Positions 37,960 through 50,449 of a DNA stretch of 64,000 nucleotides are shown in pieces. The stretch is from Pavona decussata (Eukaryota), in assembly GCA_977016875.1 (NCBI GenBank), contig CDRNST010000020.1:5580001-5644000 (forward strand), written 5' to 3'. The notes under the pieces were generated by a model, which saw only the letters and a list, made by a program, of their open reading frames with translations, was not told the DNA's origin and made no database searches. Positions within the stretch are counted from its first letter, which is position 1. Each line of letters starts with the position of its first letter. A program made the translations under genes and the position numbers.

Positions 37960-39899
37960 ATCCTGTCATTATCAGACCAACAAGAATAACAACTAACTCA
38001 GCGACAATAATTGATAACATATTTATTAATAACATTTACTTAGACTGCTCAAGTGGTATTTTGATTAATGACCTCTTAGATCACTTACCTGTTTTTCAAA
38101 TATTACCGAATTTAAATATACAAAAACCAAAAAAGAATTCTTTCAAGAGGAGAGAATTAACCAAGGCAAACATAGATAAGTTGCGTAACGAAATACAAAA
38201 TATAAGCTGGGAATACCTTAAGACAATCAATGATGTTAACATGTTCAATGATTATTTTGTTAACGTTGGACCGAATCTTGATAAGAAGATAACAACCAAT
38301 ACTAATTTATCATTCAAAGCGGATTACTTGAAGGAAAGTTTTATGGATTCGATGCTGTTATCACCTGTTTGTGAACAGGAAATTAAGAGAGAATTAGAAA
38401 ATCTTGACCCATCAAAAACCTGCGGACATGATAATATCATGCCCCGGGTAGCTAAACTATTAGCATCAGAACTAAGTGTACCGTTATCATATATTATAAA
38501 TCTCACTTTTACTACTGGTAAGATACTTGTAGACTTAAAAACCTCGATTATTATTCCAGTATACAAAACAGGAGACAAACGTGAATTCACAAACTACAGA
38601 CCTATGTCTTTGATACCTTGTTTTTCTAAAATATTAGAGAAAATGATGTACAAACGATTATTGAATTACGTAAACAAAATATGTGTACTCAGTAGTCACC
38701 AATATGGATTCAGGAAAAATCTCTCAGCAAATTTTGCGCTTATCGACCTCATAGATAGAATTACAACTGCTGTAGATAACAAAGAATTTGTAGCTGGGGT
38801 TTTTCTAGATCTGTCTAAAGCTTTTGATACTGTAAATCATGACTTGCTACTTCAAAAGTTAGAATTTTATGGTATTAGAGGGATTGCACTGGACTGGTTT
38901 AAGAGTTATATAACCAAGAGATATCAGTGCGTTAATTATAACAACGAACTATCGGACAAAAAAGAAATAACATGTGGAGTTCCTCAAGGATCTGTCCTGG
39001 GTCCACTACTGTTTTTAATTTACATTAACGATATCTGTAATAGTTCGAACCTATTATCTTTCATTCTTTTTGCAGATGATACTAATTTGTTAATGTCTCA
39101 TAAAAATCGGGATACACTGATAGCCAAAATAAACTAAGAATTAGAAAAAGTAACCATTTGGCTACAATTAAACAAATTATCACTCAATCTCACAAAAACT
39201 AACTTTATGCTATTTAAATCATCAAGGAAGAAAATAGATCATGAATTAAGAATTAGGGTAGAAGACCATTGTATTACTCAAGTACAACATACAAAATTTC
39301 TTGGAACAATAATTGATGAACAGTTGAAATGGACTGAACACATCAATTATGTAGCAAACAAAATATCAAGATTTACAGGAATATTATGTAAGGCAAGGCA
39401 TTATATAACTAAATCTTTGCTGAAATCAATTTATTATGCTTTAATCTATCCCTATATTTATTATGGAAATATTGTTTGGGCTAATGCATACCCATCCCAT
39501 CTAAACAGGATATATAAACTACAAAAGAAAATTGTACGGATAATAACTTTCAAACAATACAATCATAGCTCGAAACCATTATTTGATGAGTTGCAGATAC
39601 TGAATGTATATCAAATTAATTATAACTCTATTGCCATATCAACAAGACAATTCATAAATAATCAATTACCTACTTCTTTGAAGAACATTTTCAGGACTAA
39701 TGAAGATGTGCATAATTATAATACACGATCAACCAAAAAATTACACAAGCCTTTAATCAAAACAAATATAAGAAAATTTAGTATAAGCTATAAGGGAGTA
39801 GATATATTTAATAACTTGCCAAGTGATCTTAAAAAAACCAGATGTCAATCAACTTTTAAACGAAAACTAAAAAACTTTATCCTTACAAATCAAATATAG
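37960..39899 (+). pseudogene. LINE ORF2 3' part (end of EN, RT, C-terminus); apparent internal deletion and in-frame TAA at 39135-39137
   Basis: PTRIT..IDNIF..DHLPVF, NYRPMSL, QYGFRK, DLSKAFDTV, GVPQGS, FADD. Reading continues in frame after the stop to HNYNTR..FKRKLK. Confidence 0.9.
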
Positions 39900-40322
39900 A
39901 TATAAACAATTCTTGTATTTTTTACTCTTCGCTAATTAGGATTTTTTTCTCTTGATCTCTTTGATGTTATTAGTATATTTTAGTTGTAGCTCGTTCCTTG
40001 CCCTATTATAGGAATTTACAATTTAATGTAGATTAAGATGATATCATATATCGCCAGAGTTATTAGTAACAGTTAGTAAGGGGGGTCTCCTCGATAAGCC
40101 TAGAAAGGCTTCTGAGACTTCCTGTTCCATGCTGTTACTTCAGTGATGAATGAAATATTGTAAAAGATGTTGATTTTGGGCAAAAAATAAAAAAATAAAA
40201 AAAATTTCCTTTTTTCAGAATGGTAATAAAAATGATAAAAAGTACAGTGAATATTGCAAGTATAGGACTGACATTAACTCACAGTAACAATGTTAGAGGT
40301 GGACTTTTGCGACATAGATTCT

Positions 40323-41357
40323 TTAAGTGAGAATGCCGTTGCCCGAGGAGTCATAAATAGGACTCCATATGAGTTCAAACTCCCTGGTTGCTCTTCCTTC
40401 TCCACTGCTACAAATTATCTCAGACTTTAGAGAGGCTAGCTGGTGCACTTGTTTCCTTTTTGCAGCGTCGAGGGCAGCACGACCAGACAGCTGAGGGTCA
40501 GGGTCCTCCATTTCTTTGGAGCCGCTAAATGCTTTAGACAGGTGCAGCTCCACAGTATTTTGCACGGAAAGAGCTCTTTGCACGTCAATGCGCAAGACCT
40601 AATCCTTCCAAAGTGGTGGTTTTAGGTGTCTGCACTCCTTTACTGAATTTAGGATACCACTCCCTAACTTCTTTAACAAGTGACAAAGGAATTCACGTTT
40701 GACGCTTGTAAAAATGAAGTGGCACAATTTTGCTGAAAGAAAATATAAACTAGATTAAATTTTTTTATCATCTCCACAAGAACATGTTAACGCAGTAATG
40801 TTTGGAGGTAGCTCTTGACTTTTGCTGATATGTTTTGCATTAAATTATAGGGTGAGGCTAAAATGTAGCAAGGGGGCATAGGGCGATACTAACAATATAT
40901 GGCTTTAATAAGCATACACTTTCTGTGTTTTCACGTACTTCTCTACCTCGCATAACAGGACGTTTACTCCTGTGTAAAAGAGTCGTGCGCAAGGTGCGAG
41001 AGACGAACGCAGGGGAGGGAGGAGGGGGAAAATGCGCACATAACTCTCATGTTGAAGTATGCGCTGATCAAAGTTGAGAAACTGAGGGGAAATCAACTTT
41101 CTATACTAACCTGGAACGTAGGGATTGTGTGCGGAGTTTATACATTCGACAACTTCAGCCAGCCAGTGCAAATACTGGTCTCTGTTCTTTAGAAGTCGAG
41201 GTCTCATTGCTGGGGCTTGCCTCTCACCAAATGAAAACGTGATGTTTTCTGGGAACTCGTTTCCAGGGTGCTTTTTGCTAAAATGCGATTTTAATGCATT
41301 TCTTGTCCGAAAGGACTTTTCGCATCGCGGACATCGAGCAACGTAAACGTCAGCCAT
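40323..41357 (-). pseudogene. Two-exon C2H2 zinc-finger protein (exons 41357-41111 and 40732-40323) with in-frame TAG
   Basis: CPRCEKSFRTRNALKSHFSKKH is a C2H2 finger. Donor CCAG|GTTAG and acceptor TTTCAG|CA are phase-compatible and lead into the 40323-40595 frame through one TAG. Confidence 0.5.
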
Positions 41358-42374
41358 GATCTTACGCGAAATACTCAAACCAGTTGCGGGTGAGTCTCAA
41401 ATCAAACTACCAAACAATGTGGTTTTCTGTAAAGAAAATTCTATCGTTCTCATGGTGACAAATTAAGTTTGACGCAAGTAGAGTTGTAAGCCATGTTATG
41501 GGTTTTGACGCATTCAGTAAAGGCCCTGACTCAGATAAAAATATATATTCTCGTAACTATCTGGCATTTCAGGAGGAAACCTGCGGTACGTGAAACATTG
41601 CATTGGGGAGAACTACTATTAAATCGTGTGTATATCTTGGTTTTCACGCGACATCACTATAGGCCATATTGAAAAAAACATTTTTACACCGGCTTTGTCT
41701 TGCTCACTAGTTTTAGAGGACCAGAAACGGAACACGAAAATACAGAAATGGTGCAAAGGAAATCGCAAAGGAAATTAATTGCGCATTGGCGAACAGACTT
41801 TTCAATGCCGCTAATTGGTTATTGACAAATTGGACGATTATGTCTTTGTCGCACTGAACTCTTGTTGACGGATAGAAATCGAATTGATCTGAGAATTTGT
41901 CACCTTCACGCAACTGAGACGTCAAACGCTTTTTATTTCTACAGAGCTCCCCTGCTGATGTTCGTCTATTCAATAGGCGAACATCAGCAGGGGTCTGCAA
42001 TTTCAGACCTCTATGAATCTCGCCATGAAGACCGTTGGCGCAAATATCGCAACGGGTGGTTACACAGGTAGCAGTATGCTTTCAATCAAAGGAAAATTTA
42101 TCTTCCGGTGGAAATCGCTTAAGTCCCAATTTCTCGGCAAATACTCACTCTTTTTCGAAAATTCTTTTTTTGTTTGTAAGAACTTACTGGAAAGTTTATT
42201 TTTATCTAAAAAATGAAAATCCAAAAATTTTTTCTCTGAAGGTACACTATGGGGCTTTTTTGCGGACAAAATATCAAACATGGATACATCAATGTTTTGT
42301 TCAATTACGTTATTGTTATGCGTTATAATACAAGTTGTAAAATAAAATAAATCAATTTCGTCCGGGATACATCG

Positions 42375-42857
42375 TGTTGCGGCGGCATTCTTCATGAATG
42401 AACTCTTTTGTTTGGAACATTTTTTGTGTGTCACGCTTGCATGTCGTTTTTCTTTATTATTCTGTTAGTTTTTCCTGCATAACTTTGTCTATTGTTCCTT
42501 AGTTATTAGTTTAAATTCGCGTCTTTGCTTTTGATTCATTCTCGTTTGTGCTTTGGAGGATACAGTTTTAGGTTTTGCGTTTTTTTCCTACATCGCTTCG
42601 TTTTGTCCGTTTTAAAGGCCATATAACGTTTGTAAGTATTATTTTTTGGCTCGTCATTTCTGCTTAGTTTGTTATTTCTATATTCTTGTGTTTTGGTTCG
42701 TCCTTTTGCTGTAGTAACTTGTATTTTCCTTGTTTATTTCTCTAGCAACCGTATCGAATATTGCTTTCGCATCGTTTATCGTAACGTTTACCGCATCGGA
42801 TATTTGACATTAAAGAAGTTAAGAAACGCGTTGGAGCAATGGTTTTTGGCCCCTTCA
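42375..42857 (+). repeat. 5' LTR
   Basis: TGTTGCGGCGG...GGCCCCTTCA; I found 2 substitutions relative to the 3' LTR by eye. Confidence 0.95.
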
Positions 42858-42884
42858 TTCGTTGAAACGTTAAATTTGATTATA

Positions 42885-45800
42885 ATGGAAGTCGGGAGCC
42901 GTTACGGACAAACTTACGAGGACGAGCATCAGTCGAAGGAGATTATTGCTGGTACAGTTCAAAGTGCGAGGCCAGAGCGACGCTTAGAGAAAGGATCGGC
43001 CTATGTCACTCGACTTCGATGGATGGATTGTTATTCGCTGCAACGAAAGATTAAACAGCAGATTGAGCGAATTACTGAGAAGACTGCAAATACGGACGAT
43101 GTAAATTCTGTTGAAAATGAGTTATCCGCGTTTCGCGCCACCAGCGAAGAGTTGAAGAAGGTGTTCGCAGCCCTTATGGATGACCTTGAAAACGATGAAG
43201 ATGTCAACGCAGCTAGGGACTGGTACGTTAAACAAAGCACCGAGATTATTGATTTTATCGAACAAACAGAACGGTGGATTTCTTCCGCGAAGGAGAAAAT
43301 AGAAAACAGCTTGGAAAGCCGATCAAATTGTTCAAATCTTACTGGCTCGTCTCGCCTCACAAAAGGATCGTCGACTAAGTCATCAATTGCCTCCGGTCGG
43401 GCGAAAGAAAGAGCCAAGACTGCCGAACTCATGGCGAAATTTGCGATGTTAGAGCGTAAACAAGAATTACAGAAAAGAGCTGAGCGTTTACACTTGGAAG
43501 AGCAGCTAGCAGTGGCCCAAGCGCGCGAAAGGGCGTATGCTGAATTTCAAGACCGTGATTCTAGCTTTGAGAGGAAGTTGTCTGAGACAACCGTTCATCC
43601 ACCGCCAACAACCATGCAGGATCCACAGGTCAATCCGCTTCCTCGCTCGAATCCTCCGCCCGTACCTCACCCGTATCACTCGCCTGTGCAATTAGAACCA
43701 GTTGCAGCGCAATGCACATGGCCGAACCCGTTGGCTCCAGAGTTTAAAGTGAAGCGTGGTGAAAACCAGAACATTCCCAAAGGCTTCCGAGAAGTTCTCA
43801 GCCAACAAAACAGATTAACAGAGCTCTTGGTTGAACAGCAACAGCAGACCCTTCTGCCTACATTAACCATTTCCAAGTTCACCGGCAACCCCCTCGATTT
43901 CTTCACGTTTGTCAGGACCTTTGAGTCGCAAATTGAGAGTAAACTGAAGTCAAACGATGTCCGCCTACGTTATTTGGAGCAGTACGTGGAAGGAGAGCCG
44001 AAAGAGCTGATTAAAGGATGCCTCCACCTGGACGGACAAAATGGTTATACCGAGGCTATGAAGCTTTTGGTAGAGAAGTATGGAGATCCGTACAAAATCT
44101 CGAACGCTTACATTAAGAAGATTGAAGATTGGCCTTATGTTAAACAAGGAGATGATCAAGCGTTAGACCGCTTCGCAACGTTTCTTACTCAGTGTCGGAG
44201 TGCGATGTCCGAACTTAAGTTTCTCTCGACTCTGGATCATCCCCACAACATTTAGACTATGGTTAAAAAGCTTCCGCTGCCGCTCCAAGACAGATGGCGC
44301 AGAGAAGCAAGTAAGCTCCGAGCGACGAGAAATATCACTCCCACGTTTGCTACCTTTGTGGAATTTGTCAAGACTGAGGCAGGAATTGCAATGGATCCTG
44401 TGTATTCACGAGAAGCGCTTAATCGCCAAGATACCTCAGATCGCCCTGGTCGTTTTAACAAAGGGAAAAACACTCACAAGCCGAAAATCGGAGACCGTTC
44501 ACGCGCGACAACTCGTGTATCCAGTCACGCGACGGCGATAACTGCCACACCCGAAGCTAAAGGGCTTGGCCTCGCCAACCCGTGTAAGATGTGCGGAAAG
44601 ACTCATGACCTTGATGACTGTAAAGAGTACTTAAAGAAGACCTTGCAAGAGAGGAGAGAATTCCTCAAGGACAAAGACTTGTGCTTTGCATGTTACCAAG
44701 CTGGCCATAGGTCAAGCGGATGTGCTCAGAGGAAAACCTGTAAAACGTGCTCCAGACGTCATCCTACCGGGCTTCACGATGATAACTTCCGTCTCAATCA
44801 ATTAGCAACCAAGAAACAGAATCCGTCATCAGAACAATCTACGGATGTCCTCACTGCTACCCATGTTGAAACAGAAGAGGCTGTTTGCAGCGCTGTCGGC
44901 ACAGGGAACCCAATTACTGCCTTGCCTATTGTTCCTGTCAGATTAAAAGCAGCCGGGAAAGAAGTCCTTACGTACGCCATGCTCGACAGCTGTAGCACTG
45001 GTACTTTCTTGCTTGAAGACATAGCTGCTTGCTTAGATGCAAAGGGTACCGATACGAAGCTAATGGTGAAGACAGTAAACGGCACCCAGTTACACGATAC
45101 TAAGGCTCTGAACGGTTTGATCGTTACGGACCTCAATGGTGAAAACCGCATTGATTTGCCGAAGACCTTTACTAAAGAAGACATTTCTGCGATAGACGTG
45201 GATGTGCCCGCACCTGAACTCGCCCATAAGTGGAAACATCTTGAAAGAATAGCAGACTGTATGCCTTCTCAGCTTCATGGCGCGAAAGTTGGTCTTCTCA
45301 TTGGATCGAATTGTCCAAAAGCCCTTGAACCGATAGACATTGTTGCCAGTGAAAATGGTGGCCCTTATGCGATAAACACCTTTGCTGGATGGGCGATAGT
45401 AGGACCTTTGAATTTGATCAAGAAAGACCATCAAACAGTTAACTGCAATAGAATAGCCGTTGTAGAGGTGGGATCAGAGAAACCCCTTGACCATCACTTC
45501 GCCGTAGAGGATAAGGTCAAAGAAATTGTCACGCCGCAAGCATTAATCAGGATGTTTGAATTGGACTTTCCTGAAAGACCTGACCAGAGAGCCCACCAGT
45601 ACTCGCAAGAAGATAAGAAATTTCTTGAGATTGTGAATAAAGGCATTAAGCGTACTGATGATGGCCATTACGAGATACCTCTACCCTTCCGCTCTAAAGA
45701 CGTACACCTTCCTGACAACAAGGAGCAAGTGTTCCAAAGAGCATGCTGGCTGAAGAGAAAACTGACAAGAAATAAGAAATTTCACGAAGATTACGTCAAT

Positions 45801-48800
45801 TTCATGAATGACATCATCCGAAAGGGATTTGCCAGAAAAGTGCCACCAGATCGCGATCCCGCCAGGTCAGGGCAGGTGTGGTACATACCCCATCACGGTG
45901 TTTACCACCCCAAAAAGCCAGACAAGATCAGGGTCGTTTTTGACTGCAGCGCACGTTATGGAGGGACATCATTGAACGACCAACTCATGCAAGGACCGGA
46001 CCTGACGAGTCGCCTTGTCGGCGTGTTGACGAGATTTCGCCACCAGCCAGTCGCATTCATGGGAGACATTGATGCTATGTTTCACCAGGTTCGAGTACCC
46101 GACAATCAAAGAGATTTTCTCCGATTCTTTTGGTGGCCTGACGGTCTTCTCGATGAGGCCCCTGCAGAATACCAGATGAATGTTCATCTTTTTGGAGCAG
46201 TATCCTCCCCAAGTTGTTCCAACTTCGCTTTAAGACAAGCCGCAGATGATGCTGAGAAACATGTTGGTTCGGAAACAGCTGACGTTTTGAGAAATAACTT
46301 TTATGTGGATGACTGTCTCCGATCAGAGGATTCAGAAGAAACAGCTATTGAAAGATTACGTGGTGTTCGTTCTGCGTGTTCTCTTGGAGGATTTAACCTA
46401 TCTAAGATTGTCAGCAACAGAAGAAATGTATTGATGAGCGTGCCACATGACATTCGCGCACACGATTTAAGGACTTTGGACCTAAGTTGCCACTTCCTTC
46501 CAGTTGAAAGGGCCCTTGGTGTACAGTGGGCTATTGAATCGGATACGCTAGGGTTCCGGATAATCCTTAAAGACAAGCCACTCACTCGCCGTGGTATTTT
46601 ATCCACCATCTGTTCAGTGTATGACCCACTCGGAATAGCAGCGCCTTTTCTATTGAACGGAAAGAAGATTTTGCAAGACCTTTGCCGCATGAAGATAGAC
46701 TGGGATGAAGAGATTGATCTCGAGTTCCGTGTACGTTGGGAAAAGTGGAGAAGCCAACTATCAGCATTAGAAGACTTCTCAATGGACCGTTGTGTCATCC
46801 CGGACGGTTTTGGTTCTGTCGTGTCAAGGCAAATCCACCATTTCTCGGACGCTAGTGCCACTGGTTATGGTCAGGTGACGTATCTACGAAGTGTAGACGA
46901 CAAGGGTAACATCCATTGTGCGTTTCTGATGGGGAAGTCTCGTTTGGCACCCCTTAAGGCCATGACAATTCCGCGGTTAGAGCTTACAGCAGCAACTACC
47001 TCTGTTCAAGTAGGAGGAATGGTTTCCAGAGAATTAAGCGATCCTGTTGATGGAGAGATCTACTGGACCGACAGTACCACCGTGTTGAAATACATTCGAA
47101 ACGAAACGAAGCGTTTTCACGTGTTTGTGGCAAATCGAGTGCAAAGAATTCGAGATGAGACAGATTCTATCCAATGGAGACATGTGGACTCCGAAAATAA
47201 TCCTGCTGATGACGCATCACGTGGTTTGGAGGGCAATCAGATAACTAAACAACATCGATGGGTCAGAGGTCCAGATTTTTTGTGGCATCCCGAGAGTGAA
47301 TGGCCTAAGTTTCCCTGCGATTTAGACGCAGTCTTTGCCGATGATCCTGAAGTGAAGAAAGTTGTAACACATGCCACTGTTTCTGATGAAAAGGAGGAAA
47401 TCTTGACAAGGTTTGCGCATTTCTCCAATTGGAACCGCATGAAACGATGCGTGGCCCGGATACTTCGCCTCAAGCAGTTTTTAGCTCATGTGCAAACGCT
47501 GTTGGAAACACGCTGAGCAGAAAAATTGAGCAGCCAACCCTTGAAAGTTGAGGAATTACAACGCGCCGAAGAAATCATACTCAAATTGGTACAAGGATGT
47601 GCGTTTCCTAAAGAATCTGAAGCCCTGCGCAAGATTCAAGGAGAAGAGCGTCAGAAGAATCGCGACCTCGTGAGAGCCAAGAAAGTGGAAATCAAGAAAA
47701 CCAGTACGTTATATCGCCTTGATCCTTTTCTTGACCAGAACGGCCTGTTGCGCGTTGGAGGTAGATTCAGCAAATCGCAAGTCTTTCCCGATAATTTCAA
47801 GTATCCCATCATCCTCCCGAAGAAGAGTTTCGTGGTAGATCTGATCATTAGAGATGCACATGAGAAGGTTGCGCATTCTGGTCGCGGCATCACTTTAGGC
47901 ACGCTCAGAAGTCGATTTTGGATCATAAACGCCAATTCCGTTGTGAGGCACTTCATTTCCAAATGCGTGACTTGTCGGCGGCTTCGTGGTGTAGTTGGTG
48001 AGCAAAGGATGGCCGATCTTCCCAAAGAAAGGATTGCCCCAGCACCTCCATTCACTTACTGTGGCGTCGACTACTTTGGCCCATTCTACATTAAAGAGGG
48101 AAGAAAGGAATTGAAGCGTTATGGTGCGTTATTTACCTGTTTATCTAGTCGAGCTGTACATATAGAGACGGCGAACTCTCTGGAAACAGATTCCTTTCTA
48201 AATGCCTTGCGACGTTTTATAGCAAGAAGAGGGCCTGTACGTGAAATCAGATCCGATCAAGGAACAAATATTACCGGAGCAGAGAAAGAATTGCAAAGAG
48301 CGTTATCAGAGATGGACAACAACGCAATCCAGAGAAGTTTATGCACGGAATTCAAAGCTGATTGGGTGCAATGGAAGCAAAACCCACCGTCTGCGTCGCA
48401 TATGGGTGGCGTCTGGGAACGACAAATACGCTCAGTCCGCTCAATCTTCACGGCCTTAATGCGAGAACATGGTCATAACCTTGACGACGAATCGTTTCGA
48501 ACTGTGATGGCAGAAGTAGAGTGTATTATAAACAGTAGACCTCTCACCACTCCTTCCAGTGATCCAGGAGATCTAGACCCACTAAAACCGAATCACATCC
48601 TGACGATGAAGTCTAAAGTCGTACTACCCCCTCCTGGAAACGTCCAGAAAGAAGATGTTTATCTGCGCAAGAGATGGAAGAGGGTCCAGTACCTTGCAAA
48701 CGTATTTTGGTCAAGATGGAGAAGAGAATACGTTCAATGCCTCCAGCAAAGATCAAAATGGAATCGTCCCAGGAGAAACTTTGAAAAGGGAGACCTGGTC

Positions 48801-48968
48801 CTGATCGTTGATGACCGTGTAGCACGGAACCATTGGCCTTTGGCCCGTATTGTCCACACTTACCCTGACAAAGAAGGATATGTACGGTCTGTCAAGGTTA
48901 CCACAGGAGCAACTTTCCTTGATCGCCCAGTTGACAAGCTTATCCTGATACTTGAGAAAGACGTATAG
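42885..48968 (+). pseudogene. BEL/Pao gag-pol polyprotein in a single frame with two premature stops (TAG 44253-44255, TGA 47514-47516)
   Basis: Gag KFTGNPLDF; three CCHC-type knuckles; protease MLDSCSTGTF; RT WYIPHHGV..RVVFDCSA..FYVDD; RNase H HHFSDAS..IPRLEL..YWTDS..NPAD; integrase HEKVAH..CVTC, GVDYFGP, SDQGTN, GVWER. The three ORFs share one frame. Confidence 0.95.
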
Positions 48969-49105
48969 ACCGGGTGTTTGAATCCCAGCCAGAGGAGCCA
49001 TGTTGATTTCAGAGAACTGAGAAATTTCAGAGAACGGAGAACTATCTTTTTTAGATAATTTGTTTGTAAGAGTTTTCTGCCGGTTGAACTCTTAGGGGAG
49101 CCAGA

Positions 49106-49588
49106 TGTTGCGGCGGCATTCTTCATGAATGAACTCTTTTGTTTGGAACATTTTTTGTGTGTCACGCTTGCATGTCGTTTTTCATTATTATTCTGTTAGT
49201 TTTTTCTGCATAACTTTGTCTATTGTTCCTTAGTTATTAGTTTAAATTCGCGTCTTTGCTTTTGATTCATTCTCGTTTGTGCTTTGGAGGATACAGTTTT
49301 AGGTTTTGCGTTTTTTTCCTACATCGCTTCGTTTTGTCCGTTTTAAAGGCCATATAACGTTTGTAAGTATTATTTTTTGGCTCGTCATTTCTGCTTAGTT
49401 TGTTATTTCTATATTCTTGTGTTTTGGTTCGTCCTTTTGCTGTAGTAACTTGTATTTTCCTTGTTTATTTCTCTAGCAACCGTATCGAATATTGCTTTCG
49501 CATCGTTTATCGTAACGTTTACCGCATCGGATATTTGACATTAAAGAAGTTAAGAAACGCGTTGGAGCAATGGTTTTTGGCCCCTTCA
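49106..49588 (+). repeat. 3' LTR
   Basis: Near-identical to 42375-42857. Confidence 0.95.
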
Positions 49589-49989
49589 CATCGATTTTGG
49601 ATGTCATACATCGATGTTGTAAAGCATACATCGGTTTCCTGAATCATTAATTCGTGACCGTATACAAGTAAAAGATGTTCGATAAAACTAAAAGATGAGG
49701 AAGCGGAAATAGAAGTGACCGGAAGTCAGCTAAGAGAAGAGGCCCTGGGAACTAACACTTTCAATATGGCGGAAATAGAGGAAGATTAGCGAACACAGTT
49801 TTGAAAAGCACAATGCAAGGTGCACAAATTTGGCTTCCCAACATTGATGGATTTTTTATGTCTTTGGGTAGGTTACTGGAAAGTGCAGAAGGGCAAAGGA
49901 ACACTTCATCCTACGACTCGGCTGAATTTTTTAGTCGCCGTTTACGAGAAAACGAAAGAACTCTTGTCACTTTGACTCTAAGAGAGAGA

Positions 49990-50342
49990 CGCACGCCATT
50001 GAAAAAATACGCCCATTTCTACCTCGCCCGCTTGAGTTTGGCGAAGTAAACGAATAGCAGAACATCAAAATAAATAAATAGATAAAAAAAATTGGTGACC
50101 TCGACAGTTTAGTCTTGACGTTGTAAATTTGGAGACATCTACTGGATCAATTCTGTGTTTAATTCAATTGAAGAACTGGTTATTCAGTTTATATTTACTC
50201 CTCGACGACACAAAGAACTATGCTAACAGATATGGTTGTTTCTTATCGGGTTTTGTTTGTTAAGAGAAAATGTTCCCACGTGGACGGGGCTTAATTAGAC
50301 ACATGTAATTATAAGTTGAGATGCCCGAGACAGTTTTGTCTT
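49990..50342. repeat. Rearranged fragments of the 2.45-kb macrosatellite (direct ~49990-50145, inverted ~50200-50342)
   Basis: AAAATACGCCCATTTCTAC..GAGTTTGGCGAAG is in direct orientation. TGGTTGTTTCTTATCGGGTTTT and GTGGACGGGGCTTAATT are reverse complements of unit sequence at ~15870-15940. Confidence 0.8.
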
Positions 50343-50449
50343 TAAAAGGCCAATCGTATTCGCCCGCACAAACCAAGTGCCTGTGCATAAGCATACAAAG
50401 TATGCGTTTTTGCAAATCTACCGGTGTTCAATCAAACAGTTTTGAAGAA

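Larger units (their letters stand above)
26550..40204 (+). mobile_element. Near full-length Crack/L2-group LINE (ORF1 + EN-RT ORF2 + A-rich tail), split by a 9.6-kb insertion
   Basis: ORF1 at 26593-27444. ORF2 EN part at ~27600-28382 (HQNVRSL, IGISETW, GGVGMFI, ILMGDFNIDLL) resumes at 37960 (YPVIIRPTR..IDNIF, FLDLSKAFDTV, GVPQGSVLGPLLF, LFADDTN). A-rich tail at 40181-40204. The 5' boundary is approximate. Confidence 0.9.
42375..49588 (+). mobile_element. Full-length BEL/Pao LTR retrotransposon
   Basis: 483-bp TG..CA LTRs at 42375-42857 and 49106-49588, CATCG 5-bp TSD on both sides, PPT TTAGGGGAGCCAGA before the 3' LTR, and gag-PR-RT-RH-IN order. Confidence 0.97.

Noticed and set aside
42669-42884. 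Hydrophobic N-terminal extension of the gag ORF (also ORF 49400-49642)
   Set aside because: It is T-rich LTR sequence read from a TTG; the likely start is ATG 42885.
44253-44255. Programmed gag-pol stop read-through
   Set aside because: The TAG lies inside gag before the zinc knuckles, and BEL/Pao elements normally use one ORF; a nonsense mutation is simpler.
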